From Octopus vulgaris (taxonomy: Eukaryota), in contig OX597833.1 of the NCBI GenBank assembly GCA_951406725.2, positions 60,822,001 through 60,886,000 on the forward strand: a DNA stretch of 64,000 nt. Direction: 5' to 3'. Shown one piece after another: positions 13,938-26,540 of this stretch; positions within the stretch are counted from its first letter, which is position 1, and each line of letters opens with the position of its first letter. The position numbers were made by a program, and so were the translations under genes. Under the pieces are notes generated by a model, which searched no databases, was not told the origin of the DNA, and saw only the letters and a program-made list of their open reading frames with translations.

Positions 13938-15108
13938 GGGTATAACCTACACATTTGTCCCATTCCCGACTTCGTTTCCTCATAATTTCCAGAAAAATTG
14001 ATGATATTTCTTAATGATTTCTTAATGAAAGTTTCTACAAATACGCTTCAGATGGTGTAAATTCTGATTGTATCGGAATTTGTGGTTAAAAGAAAAAAAA
14101 AGTTGGTGGTCTTTTACGTATACATACTACTGACACATGTCATATATCTACAAAATAAAACTTGAAATTTCGAAAAAAAATTGTGATGTTTTTCAGTATG
14201 TATGTGAGCATACACATATACATATTGACACACATCTCAATTTCTTTTTTTTTTTTCAAAATTTCAAGCTCCATTTTGGATATATAGTTGACGTGTATCA
14301 GTAGGTACATAGTGTCCCAAAAGTCACTGATGGGTTTCAAGTTTTAATAACTTCCTTAACTTTACAAATAAATGCGTGAAATTTTGATACAATATAAAGG
14401 ACATAATGGAAATTAATATGCACAAGTCAAATTTTGCAACACCACTACATCACATGTGAAAAATGCTATCACTTAAATGCCGGCCATTTTCAGCTTCGCA
14501 TGCCCGTGCTCTTTCCAAAACTTGCACCATAACACCCTCGAGAGTTTCAGACCCTACTTCACTGATTTCTCTGTTGATGTTCTTCTTCGGTTGCACCAGG
14601 GTCTCTGGTCTATGGAGGTACCTGAAAGAGAGGTCTTATGTCAACAAACCGGAGGCCCGGGTGCAACTGAAGGAGAACATCAATAGAGAAATCAGAGAAG
14701 TGGGGTTTAAAACTCTTGAGGGTGTTATGGTGCAAGATTTGGAAAGAGCATGGGCGTGCGAAGCTGAAAATGGCTGCCATTTAAGCGATGTCATTTTTCA
14801 TATGTGGTGTAATGGTGTTGAAAAATTTGACTTGTGCATAATAATTTCCATTATGTCCTTTATATTGTATCAAAATTTCATGCATTTATTTGTAAAGTTA
14901 AGGAAATTGTTAAAAACTGAAACCCATCAGTGACTTTTGGAACACCCTGTGCATAAGCCCGCTAATTTTTCTTTTTTACAACAAATTCCCATACAGTCAC
15001 ACTCTACACAATCTGAAGCGTATTTGTAGAAAATTTCATTAAGAAATATCAATTTTTATGGAAGTTATGAGGCAACAAAGTCGGTGGGACACATGTGTAG
15101 GTATGCCG
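13938..15108. mobile_element. Older fold-back DNA element hosting the mariner palindrome
   Basis: 13938-14120 is an imperfect reverse complement of 14950-15108 (acctacaca..gtccca..cgactt..cctcataa..ttaatgaaa..ctacaaatacgcttcagat). Related fragments at 23231-23480. TSD unclear. Confidence 0.7.
14308..14949. mobile_element. Palindromic Tc1/mariner derivative made of two inverted transposon right ends
   Basis: TA|CA..GTGT.CCAAAAGTCACTG termini; inverted arms of about 300 bp. The right arm encodes a transposase C-terminus LWRYLKERSYVNKP..QLKENINREI...ACEAENGCHLSDVIFH. Confidence 0.85.
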
Positions 15109-15935
15109 TTTCTTAGTATACAGTACCCTCACAACTAACAACTGATGCAAGTAGTTTATTCCATACTTTGAAAATTCTGAATATGAGACACTGCTTCCAA
15201 AAGTAATTAGTGCCGCGCTTGTTTTTTAAAAAAAGAATTTTTTTAAAATTTATAAGCTTATCCACGATTGGTAGAGGCATTGAATTGAAAAGATGGTCAA
15301 AGTTGTTGCAAAGATGGCGGATAATTTTGCGGGCAGACGTTCAAGATATATTGAATGACCGGAAAAGGATATTCAATTGGTTACACGTTTTCGGAGAGCT
15401 TCTAATAGATTGCGGTTTTCGGACTGAAAATACAAACTACGCGTGGACGTACCTCAGTCACATATAACCTTTAAATAGATAGCTAGTAAGCAGCAGACAA
15501 AAATCTTACTGAGTAATGTTAAGACACCTTCAGCCTTTTTGACGATTTGAGAAATGCTGTTCATCCAACACAGGCCATTGTAAACAATAATGCCTTGGTT
15601 ACACTCACCAGCTGACTTTCTAAGGTTGGTGTAGCGGAGGGAGTCGGTAAATTCCGGGACTTTCCTCCTAAAATGTTTGATGGTGCACTTGTCTACTGCT
15701 AGCATCAGTGGCCAATCAACAATCCATTGCGGTATTGTATCCAGGTCAGATTACAAAAAAGATTTGGTATTCGTTCTTTTAACCTCAAAGTAGAGCTTAT
15801 TGTCGTCTGAGCATTTTAACACGGTAACATGCTTGGCATCTAATTCATTAATGTGTGCACCAAATAACGAGGAACCCAAAAAGCTGCTTGCTGTGGGACT
15901 CCAGTGAATTGACAGGTGATATGCGGTTATCAATA

Positions 15936-16388
15936 TCTATAAAGCTGAAATGCGAAAAAGTTGTTTGATTTCTTGGCTATTTGTCTCATTTTGGGATAGC
16001 AGATGGGGTCGGATTGGCGCCAAAATTGACACTGGGGAGGTAAAATGGGGTGGGCAATGGTGTGAGGAGGGTTGCAAGTCGCTCGGGGCTACTGTTTGGT
16101 TGCCATGGTGAGGAATATGGGAAAAATTAAGTTTTATGGGATAGACAGGTTGCGCTGTTTGAATAATGGTGGCTTTTCGTGTTGCTGCAAGGGCTACAGG
16201 CGGTTATCTTTAATTGTGGGTGTAAAAATTTGGGGGATTTTGGAAAGGGTGGGGGTGGGGGTAAAGAAGAGGGCAATAAAAAGAACCAGGCAAAGAAGAC
16301 GAACAAAAGAAGAAAGGGAAAAGGAGACAACACACACAAAAGAACACCGACACCAAAACCCAAGCGAAGCACGGGTCAAAATAGCTAG
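15936..16388 (+). mobile_element. Non-autonomous Helitron inserted in the LINE
   Basis: Host A|TC start, subterminal GC hairpin cccaagcgaagcacggg, CTAG|T end, no TSD. Confidence 0.75.
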
Positions 16389-17098
16389 TCTTTTTTGTAT
16401 AAAGGAATGAATAACGCTGGCGACTTTACACTGTTCTGCGGTAACGCAGTTATTAGGGCATAGTTGAAAAAATGGCGAAAGCTGATGCAATTGTAAGAGG
16501 CCGTCGCATTCGAGCAGATAAGCAATACAATCAAGACCCAAGGATGCATAGTTATGCATATTCTTGAAGAGGCATTGAAGCATTGCCGGATTAAATTCGA
16601 CAGATGTTATAGAATATGACGTCAGCAGCGAGAAGACGGTACATTTGGATTTTCAATAACAAAAATGCCAGCATAGCATTCGGCATTAAGCTCCACGCAC
16701 TGTTTGGGATCATCGGTAATCTGAGTGGTGTGGGATTGCGAACAGGACCGGTTGGTCAGTGAAGGTTTTTGTTTCAAATTCACATATTTCCAGAACACTT
16801 TACTATCGGGGTTGATCGCTATGTGCTGTTTAACTTCAAGGACAGCTTTTTATCCACCTACTAAATATGATTGGTTGCTCTGATCGCCTTCTATTGTCTC
16901 TTTTACTTGTTTCAGTCATTTGATTGCGGCCATGCTGGAGCACTGCCTTTAGTCGAGCAAATCGACCCCATGACTTATTCTTTGTAAGCCCAGTACTTAT
17001 TCTATCGGTCTCTTTTGCCAAACTGCTAGTTTAGGGGGACCTAAACACACCGCCATCGATTGTCAAGCGATGTTGGGGAGACAAACACAGACACACAA

Positions 17099-17171
<73 letters not shown>

Positions 17172-17541
17172 TACGACGGGCTTCTTTCAGTTTCCGTCTA
17201 CCAAATCCACTCACAAGGCCTTGGTCGGCCCGAAGCTATAGTAGGAGACACTTGCCCAAGGTGCCACACAGTGGGAATGAACCCGAAATCATGTGGTTGG
17301 TAAGCAAGCTACTTACCACACAGCCACTCCTAAACCTAAATTATATGTAATTTGCATTTATGTTCAGCAGTTTTTCGCTCTTTTTTGGCAGAGTGATCTG
17401 CTGCAGTCTCCCAAATTGCGCTTTTGGTATTTCTAACATATATCTAATGCGTTTTCATGGTACTGATGCTTCTCATGCAGCTCAGACTGAATCGAAGATG
17501 TGCCAATGGTTAGCATTAACATCTCCGGATATGTAAATACT

Positions 17542-17930
17542 GTTTGGAAGCACTCCGTCGGTTACGACGACGAGGGTCCCGGTTGATCCGAATCAACGGA
17601 ACTGCCTGCTCGTGAAATTAACGTGCAAGTGGCTGAGCACTCCACAGACACGTGTACCCTTAACGTAGTTCTCGGGGATATTCAGCGTGACACAAAGAGT
17701 GACAAGGCCGGCCCTTTGAAATACAGGTACAACAGAAACAGGAAGTAAGAGTGAGAGAAAGTTGTGGTGAAAGAGTACAGCAGGGATCACCACCATCCCC
17801 TGCCGGAGCCTTGTGGAGCTTTTTGGTGTTTTCGCTCAATAAACACTCACAACGCCCGGTCTGGGAATCGAAACCGCGATCCTATGACTGCGAGTCCGCT
17901 GCTCTAACCACTGGGCCATTGCGCCTCCAC
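17542..17930 (-). mobile_element. Full-length tRNA-derived SINE nested in the LINE
   Basis: tRNA-like head tggcccagtggttagagc...ggtttcgattcc; perfect 11-bp TSD atgtaaatact. Confidence 0.88.
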
Positions 17931-18175
17931 ATGTAAATACTAGCCAAATTAAGTAAGCGCTCTAGTCAGCTTTGTTCCAGTCAAAACAAGCTGTTCAATG
18001 GTGGATTTTCTCTCTGCCTACAAATAACAGATTAGCAATGATCATAGCATGATCGGAGTCAAGCAAAGGCTCCTCTGTAGTGAGGCTGATAACAGTGTTA
18101 GGAACCATAGTGAATAGCAGATCCAAAGTGTTGTTACTTCTTGTTGGTGAAGAGACTACCTGGGATTAGTTTGAA

Positions 18176-18546
18176 CTAGCAGTATCGCCCGGTGTTGCTC
18201 GGGTTTGTAAGGGAAATAACTATAAAGCATTTTTAGAGAGTTATAGCCAAAAAATGGGAAAAAAATGATGGTAAATTTTTTTTTAGTTAAAAAGGTTGAG
18301 TTGCGTCCCCTAGACAGTCTGTGGTTTGTGTTTCTGATTCTCGACCCCATGTCGAATTTATCGATTTTTTTCAGAAGTGGGGGAACTTTTCAAAATTTTC
18401 GCTGCGTTAGTTTTGAATTATGACATTGGGCTATGTGTGTGTCAAGTTTCATCAGAATCGGTTGAAAGCCGTGGTCAGGGTGAGGGTACAAGCTAACAGA
18501 CACACAGAAACACACAGAGACAAACTGCCGTTTATATATAGAGAGA
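18176..18546 (-). mobile_element. Non-autonomous Helitron inserted in the LINE endonuclease region
   Basis: Minus strand A|TCTCTCTATATATAAA ... CCCGAGCAACACCGGGCGATACTGCTAG|T; 3' end shared with the copies at 24867-25776. Confidence 0.85.
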
Positions 18547-18888
18547 TTTAACACTAAATCAAGGAAATTATTTGCACTTTGTAGCCAGTGAAAGGTTTTC
18601 CAATCAATTTCCAAGTAACTGAAATCACCAGTAATGGAAAGTTGGGAGCCTGTTTTTACCTAGATGCAGCTCTGAGAATGGAAAAATAAAAAGCGGTGTG
18701 TCTTGATGGTAATTTAGTGGATGGTAAACAACGTTAAGTAAGTGTTGACGTGCTTATACGAATGTTGCAGTAAAAATACCTCTTGCTGGGACTGATTCAA
18801 ATCATCAAAATAAATTACTCAAAAACTGGAGTGAAAGCCCATCACACCAACCCCTCAGTGATTAAGGTGGTCTTCGTGAAAGAAATTG

Positions 18889-19297
18889 GGATCTTTTCGG
18901 TTTGAACGGCAGTTTTTTTCTAGCGGTGTCATATGAAATTGTCACCCATAATTATGACCCTAGTATCGATCTATTGCATTTCAATGTTTTAGGATTAGGG
19001 GTGGGGGAAGGGTATCTTTTTTTCTTCACAAATGAAAATAAACCCAATGTGTTTCTTAAACGAGGGACATATTCATACGGCACAGAATGCTTTTTACCTC
19101 AATAGACGTCACTGATTGGTTGAAAATGCAAAAATTGAAGAAAAAACAACAACAAATATCTTACAAACCATAGAATTTTCTCAATAAAGCCAAGAGAAAA
19201 AGATGTTTTATAAACACATTCTACCAGTATACGAAGTTTAACATTTTTTAGTTACATAGAAATTATGTTAAAACTGCCGTTCAAACCGAAAAGATCC
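18889..19297. mobile_element. MITE with GGATC termini and 8-bp TSD (Merlin-like), nested in the LINE
   Basis: TIR ggatcttttcggtttgaacggcagtttt; TSD agaaattg at 18881-18888 and 19298-19305. Confidence 0.88.
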
Positions 19298-20039
19298 AGA
19301 AATTGTAGCCAGCTACGCTAAAATACCATCGCAGAGCAAAAAATGAGAAAATGAGCCCATGTTTCCGTGACTGTAATGAATTTGAGATCTGAACTTTTAA
19401 TGTAAGAATCAAAATGGTGGCCCTTGTTGCATAAACTTTGGGATTTTAAAACAATAATTTATACGTAATTTCTATCTTAATTTAAGTCTATCATGATTCA
19501 TAAGGGATGGCGTATTGCTTTTATTTAATTTCTTTTGGATTTTTCATTGCTCTGTCTTGCTGTGTCCATTGTTGGTTAGATATTCTCAGACCAGTTTGCA
19601 TCCCTTTCCCATGTGTCACCAGACTTGACAAATTTCCATATATGTCCATCATTGCGTAAAGCAAAAGCTCTGATGTCTTGCTGAGTCATGATTCAAGGAA
19701 GGCTACAATGAAGCCATAGCTTCGGGCATATATCGGGTGGGTAATCCTGATGAGCAATTCGATTTTCTCACCAGGCTTTATTAGAGATTAATAAGAATGC
19801 GAATGCCTCGGCAGAACTGGAGAAGGTTAATCCAACTGTTAATCTAACTGGTCTGGGTCTGGATGTGAAGAGGAGAACTTTGGAAGAACACGGCAGAAAT
19901 CTTTGGACATGTCAGCAAATGTTTGCAGATCAATGATTTACTTGAATATACCAATAGCCGTTATTACATCATGCCAGGCAGATCTCACTGGTTTTTTTTT
20001 TTCAATGCGTCTGGATACCTCCACCCCGCCATACACACA

Positions 20040-20096
20040 CATTCTCTCTCCTTCTCTCTCTCTCTTTCTCTGTCGCAAACATGTATATGCATATGC

Positions 20097-20156
<60 letters not shown>

Positions 20157-20245
20157 GTATGTACGTATGTGTTTATATATACGTGTGTGAATTTGATAGT
20201 GTGTGGGTGTATGTTTGTGTCTGGTATTGTCCGTCCGTCTGTTTC

Positions 20246-20316
<71 letters not shown>

Positions 20317-20591
20317 TGTGTATGCGTGTGTGAGCGTATGTATGTATGTGTGTGTACGTATGCATGCATGTATCTATGCATGCGTGCATGCATGCATGCA
20401 TGTATGTATATATATGTGTGTGTGCATCCGTAGGTCTGAATATTTACCTGTCTCGGCATCTGTGTGTATATGTGCTAGTGTTTGTGATTTTCTGCCTGTC
20501 TGTCTGTCTCCAGATGTGTGTATGTGTCTGTCTCCAGATGTGTGTATGTGTCTGACTCCAGATGTGTGTATGTGTATGTGTGTGTGTCTGT

Positions 20592-20661
<70 letters not shown>

Positions 20662-21348
20662 ATGTGTATGTTTGTGTTTGTGTGTGTGTGTGTGTACGCG
20701 TAGTGGTGGCGGGGTATTTACAGGAACTGCTTGGTTGTTAATTATAATTTGGAATACAGAAATAGAATTCACCCAGGAAAATTAGTTTAAATTACGTCGC
20801 TTTTGATGAGAATCAATAAATGCTGTTAAAAACGATGTCGTCGTTGTTGTTGTCGTTGTTGTTGTTGTTAAGAATTCATTGCGTCGAGATGTTTGTCCAT
20901 ATTTCTAAGGGTGACTGGTGAAACATTTTCCTGCGTGTGTGTGTGTAGTTGTACGGCTTCCAGTGTGTGTGTGTGTGTGTGAGTGTGAGTGTATACAAAC
21001 ATGTATATATATGTATCTTCGGGTACATGTATAAGTGTATGTAGGTGTATATATATGTGTATGCATGTATGTGCACATAAGTGCATACATGCATGCATGC
21101 TTGTATACATGTATGCACACACGCAGACATACACATATATAAACATACACATAAATAAATATATATATATATAATGTATGTATGTATATATATATATATA
21201 TATATATATAATGTATGTATGTATATATATGTATGTGTGTATATATATATATATAATGTATGTATGTATGTGTATATACATACACACACATATATAATAT
21301 ATATGTGTGTGTGTGTATGTATAAATATATATATATATATATATATGC

Positions 21349-21380
<32 letters not shown>

Positions 21381-21411
21381 GTATGTATATATATATATAT
21401 GTGTGTGTGTG

Positions 21412-21466
<55 letters not shown>

Positions 21467-21527
21467 GCATACTTGTTCACGCACACATATGTATGTATAA
21501 ACATAGACACACACACAGATATATGTG

Positions 21528-21580
<53 letters not shown>

Positions 21581-21620
21581 GCATTCATACATACACACAC
21601 ATATTCACAATCACACATAT
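20040..21620. repeat. Compound microsatellite field: (TG)n, (GA)n, (TA)n, and a 22-bp unit tgtctccagatgtgtgtatg x3
   Basis: Direct reading. Confidence 0.93.
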
Positions 21621-22690
21621 TCACAGAGCTGCCAAGGGTGGCAGTAGGCCCCAGAGATGAATTGAAGAGCAAGGCCCCCAAGGGACAAAATCTAACCTTC
21701 AATCCCTGGACTTTTTAGCAGGGATTCAATGGACGTTTTGTGAAATTTTCCATTCGTAAAGGACTTCGGCAATCGATAGAAACGAAATAAGCAAAAAGAA
21801 AAACGGAATTATCTGTTGGAGTCATTAACTAATATACTCTTTTTTTACTCTTTTACTTGTTTCAGTCATTTGACTGCGGCCATGCTGGAGCACCGCCTTT
21901 AATCGAGCACCTCGACCCCGGCACTTATTCTTTGTAAGCCCAGTACTTATTCTATCGGTCTGTTTTGCCGAACCGCTAAGATACGGGGACATAAGCACAC
22001 CAGCATCGGTTGTCAACCAATGCTAGGGGGACAAACACAGACACACAAATACACACACACATATATATATATATACATATATACGACGGGCTTCTTTCAG
22101 TTTCCGTCTACCAAATCCACTCACAAGACTTTGGTCGGCCCGAGGCTAGAGTAGAAGACACTTGCCCAATAAATTTTAGCACAAGGCCAGCAGTTTTAGG
22201 GGAGGAAGGACTGGTACTTATTTTATCGGCCCTGAAAGGGTGAAAGGCAAAGTCGGCCATGGCGGATTTAAAACTCAGAACATGGAGACAGACGAATTCA
22301 TTGACTAATTTATTGGAAGTTGAAATATATTGTTGTCAAGAGTTTGAAGAGAGCAATTAGTGCTGGATTAACCATTCAATAAAATAAGCACGTGCTAGAG
22401 TCATCAAGGAATGGTGGTGGTGGGGTTACAACAGAAATGGTGAATGGTTTACGGTACAAAAGAAATCACTTTAAACTTGCTAAAATGATGATGGGAAATA
22501 TAATTTCAAAGTGTTCATGGTGTCACAGTGAGGAGTTCGCAATTAAAAAAGAGAGAGAGAAAACTCTTTCAAAAATGAATAAAGTGGAAGTATACAAAAA
22601 TAAATATTATTTTCTATCTTTCTGTTACTTTTATTTCATTTTGGAAATTAAAATTTTATTTTATGGTTTATTGTTGCTTATATTTTGAAT

Positions 22691-23230
22691 TACACTGGTA
22701 GAATGTGTCATATAAAACATCTTTTACTCTTAGCATTCTTGAGAAAAACTTATATTTACGAAGTAATTTCACGTTAAAGTAGTCCTATTTCGGTAATTTC
22801 ATCCAATCAATGACGTGTATTCAGCTGAATAAAATTACTGCTGTTGTTTGTCAACAACTATCGGCGGTGTATTTTTCATTTGTTACATTTATGGCATCGT
22901 TCGTGCGTTTGTACTGGTTTTAGCTTTAAGGTTTCGGTGTCAGGGTTAGGGTTAAGATTTTAGGGTTAGGGTTAGGGTTGTCATAAATAAGTTCTTGTTG
23001 ACAAACAACGGCAGTAATTTTATTCAGCTGAATACACGTCATTGATTGGTTGAAATTACCGAAATAGACCTACTTTAACGTGAAATTACTTCGTAAATAT
23101 AAGTTTTTCTCAAGAATGCTAAGAGTAAAACATGTTTTTTGTGACACATTCTGCCAATGTCCGAAATTTGAAAGTGTTTAGTTTTACAAAAAATTATTTT
23201 TAAAATCTGTCGGTCAAAAGGTAAAGATCC
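22691..23230. mobile_element. Long fold-back element of the same GGATC family with central TTAGGG repeats (left end truncated)
   Basis: Inverted arms of about 165 bp (22691-22857 vs 22996-23160); ends gtaaagatcc; TTAGGG-like units at 22941-22979. Confidence 0.8.
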
Positions 23231-23792
23231 GAAGTTTCCTACAAATACATTTCATATGGTGTTGATTCTGGTTATATCGGAATTTGTGAAAAATGTTTTC
23301 TGGTAGAGAAGAGGAGTTTAGGATAATTTCCACGAGTTAATTTTGTTACCTCGTAACTTTGTAACAAGTGGGTATTTTTTAATGAAATTTTCTACAAATG
23401 TCTTTCAGATGTAGATAACAATAATATCGGAATTTAATATCAAAAAATGAAATCGGTGGACGCGCACGCATACAGACTGACTGTCACACATCGCACAATC
23501 TTTTTTGCAAAATTTCTTGTTTCGTTTTATCCTTTATCTCTTATCTTTCACTTGTTTCAGTCATTAGACTGCGGCCATGCTGGGGCACCGCCTTGAAGAA
23601 TTTTTAATCGAATGAATCTACCTAAATACTGATTTTTTTTTGTTTTAAGCGTGATATTTATTCTATCGACCCCTTTTGCCGAACCGGTGAGTTACGGGGA
23701 CGTAAACACACCAACCACCAGTTGTCAAGTTAGGTTCAAGTACTTCCAGGATTTTCCAGATGGATATCACTGCATAGTCTTAACTTTTCCCG

Positions 23793-24560
23793 CATACATA
23801 CATACATACATACATACATACATACATACATACATACATACATACATACATGCATGCATATATACATACATTCATACATAAATGCATGCATGCATGCATG
23901 CATACATACATGCATGCATGCATACATACATACATACATACATACATACATACATGCATGCATACATGCATGCATGCATGCATACATACATACATACATA
24001 CATACATACATACATGCATGCATACATGCATACATGCATGCATGCATGCATACATACATACATACATACATACATACATACATACATACATGCATGCATG
24101 CATACATACATACATACATACATACATACATACATACATACATACATACATACACACACATACATACATACATACATACATACATGCATGCATACATACA
24201 TACATACATACATGCATACATACATACATACATACACACATACATACATACATAGATACATACATACATGCATGCATACATACATACATACATACATACA
24301 TACATACATACATACACACATACATACATACATACATACATACATACATACATACATACATACATACATACATACACACATACATACATACATACATACA
24401 TACATACATACATACATACATACACATACATACATACATACATACATACATACATACATACATACATACATACATACATGCATGCATGCATACATACATA
24501 CATACATACATGCATATACATACATACATACATACACACATACATACATACATACATACA

Positions 24561-24590
<30 letters not shown>
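23793..24590. repeat. (CATA)n/(CATG)n microsatellite, about 800 bp
   Basis: Direct reading. Confidence 0.98.
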
Positions 24591-24594
<4 letters not shown>

Positions 24595-24866
24595 CAAAGG
24601 AGAAAGGTGAGTCGAAAATTACAGACGTAATCCATCACTAGAACTGTAACAATCTGTAAAACTTTCCGGAAGTTTATCATTTAAGTATATATGAGCATCT
24701 CATATAGAAGACAAGCAGACCTAGATCTGACTGACAGGACACAGCATTCGTAATTTCAGTTGACTGTTGCCTTGTCTTCCATTCTTGTAATATAGCATCG
24801 GAATTTCAGCACTAACACTGACAGGACACAACATTTGTAATTTCATTTCACTATTACTTACTGACA

Positions 24867-25383
24867 TCTATATATATAAAACTGTAGTTGTGTGAGTGTC
24901 TGTCTCCTACGATTTAGATTCCTAACTCCTCCCACATTTTGCGGTGCAGTTTAACCAAATTCGGGTATCTTGTAGTCGTGATTAATATCGATCCCGTCTG
25001 GCTATTAGCGCGCGTCTACGATGAGTCTACAATTTTAAAAATAATTTAACATCATTTTTTATTCCATTTTAATGCATAATTTTTCGTGTGTCGATGGCGG
25101 CGGAGTTGGCGTCCACGCTCAAACACCTGCACCTGTGTTTGCTTCTCCCCCTTCTTCCCTCCCTCGTGAAGCTGTGGTGAAGGGAGTTTAAGGAAATCAA
25201 CGTCGTAATGCGTTGTCAAGGAGACCAGCGTTCTTTTAGAACAACGACTTCATGGCTTGAAGACACCAAAACAGAAATGGCTAAGAAAGCCCGAATTGGC
25301 ATCTATAAAGGAAGTAACTCTCTAAAAATGCTTATATAGTTATTTCCCTTACAAATCCGAGCAACGCCGGGCGATACTGCTAG
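24867..25383 (+). mobile_element. Non-autonomous Helitron, first of a tandem pair
   Basis: A|TCTATATAT start; ends tccgagcaacgccgggcgatactgCTAG. Confidence 0.85.
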
Positions 25384-25776
25384 TCTTTATATATAAAAGA
25401 GAGGTTGTGCTGTCTGTCTCCTACGATTTAGATTTATAACTATTCTCACACATTTTGCGGTGCAGTTTAACCAAAACCGGGTATTTTATAGTCGTGATTC
25501 ATATCGAGCCCTTCTGGGTATTGGCGCGCGTCTACGATGAGTCTACGATATAAAAAAAAAAATTACCATCATTTTTTTTCCATTTTAATGCATTTTTTCG
25601 CTATTATATAAGGGAAGTAACTCTTTAAAAATGTCTACGATGAGTCAACGATTAAAAAATAAAATTTACCATAATTTTTTTTCCATTTTTAATGCATTTT
25701 TTGGATATAACTCTCTAAAAATGCTTATATAGTTATTTCCCTTACAAACCCGAGCAACGCCGGGCGATACTGCTAG
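25384..25776 (+). mobile_element. Non-autonomous Helitron, second of a tandem pair
   Basis: TC start directly after the previous CTAG; same 5' block and 3' hairpin-CTAG|T; internal duplication of gtctacgatgagtc... Confidence 0.85.
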
Positions 25777-25961
25777 TTCCTAATAAAAAAAAAATGTCTA
25801 CTAAAAAAAGACCGTCAAAAAAACGAACACCAACACACGCACGACGTGCAATACTTTTTCTATATCTCCTGTTATGCTATTGCCTAATTTGTCTCAACAA
25901 AAATTATGTAATGGTACAGCACTAATTGTGCAGTGAGACAGCATTTGTAATTTCATTTCAC

Positions 25962-26175
25962 GGATCTTTACCTTTTGACCGACAGATTTCAAAAACAATT
26001 TTTTGTAACCAAACACTTTCAAACATCGGACACTGGTAGAATGTGTCAAATAAAATATCTTTTACTCTTAGCGTTTTTGAGAAATGCCTATATTTTGGAA
26101 GATATTTCACGTTAAAGTTGTATTTCGGTAATTTCAACCAATCAATGGCGTGTATTCAGCTGAATAAAATTTTCC
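25962..26175. mobile_element. Left arm only of a GGATC fold-back element
   Basis: Starts ggatctttaccttttgaccgacagat, the reverse complement of 23205-23230; truncated where the hammerhead-bearing unit begins. Confidence 0.75.
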
Positions 26176-26465
26176 AGAAAAGAAAGAAGCAATAGCATAA
26201 TTTCAGTAATTTCGCCTTATGCGCTGCAGTAAACTACTTAGTTTATGTACTATTGTATTATTTGTTATCACGTTCTTACAACGCTTAGCTTTACGGTGCA
26301 TGATCAGATCTCAAAACCTGTTGACTTAAGGCCTCTCTGAAACCAAAGGTAATCCCATAAACCGGCCTATGCTAACTTTTATATTATATATACTGCTCTA
26401 TAACTTAGTAGAGTGGGTATATCATCCGAAATGTATAGTAATTAAATGCCCATCACGGCTGGTTT

Positions 26466-26540
26466 TACCAATCGGTTTCGCGTAAAGAATACAATGGAGT
26501 GTTAGGTTACAAACCGATCATATAACTTTACGCTCATCAG
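26466..26540 (-). ncRNA. Hammerhead ribozyme-like motif (type I order) with perfect 8-bp stem II
   Basis: Minus strand CTGATGA-GCGTAAAG-(38 nt)-CTTTACGC-GAAA-CCGATTGG-TA; near-palindromic stem III; stem I poorly paired. Confidence 0.7.

Larger units (their letters stand above)
15130..19930 (-). mobile_element. Degenerate near full-length CR1/Jockey-type LINE (ORF1 remnant plus APE-RT ORF2) with nested insertions
   Basis: Collinear minus-strand motifs: ITVTETW (~19370), ITGDFS..IDW (~18620), PTRSNNTLDL...SDH (~18050-18150), NPDSKVFWKYV (~16800), GVP/FLG..LF...IN and CSDD for YADD (~15800-15900), GIIV..L.W..ISQIVKKA (~15560). Many stops and frameshifts. Confidence 0.88.

Noticed and set aside
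14463-14933. Functional 156-aa gene
   Set aside because: A chimeric read-through across the palindrome centre; only a transposase C-terminal fragment is present.
17850-17930. tRNA gene
   Set aside because: The tRNA-like head continues into a SINE body bounded by TSDs; the same holds for the other A/B-box heads.
23736-24680. Long ORFs of 240-314 aa (MYVC/HTYI repeats)
   Set aside because: Translations of the (CATA)n microsatellite. The same applies to ORFs at 20-21.7 kb, 28-31.8 kb, 40-45 kb and 53.8-54.8 kb.
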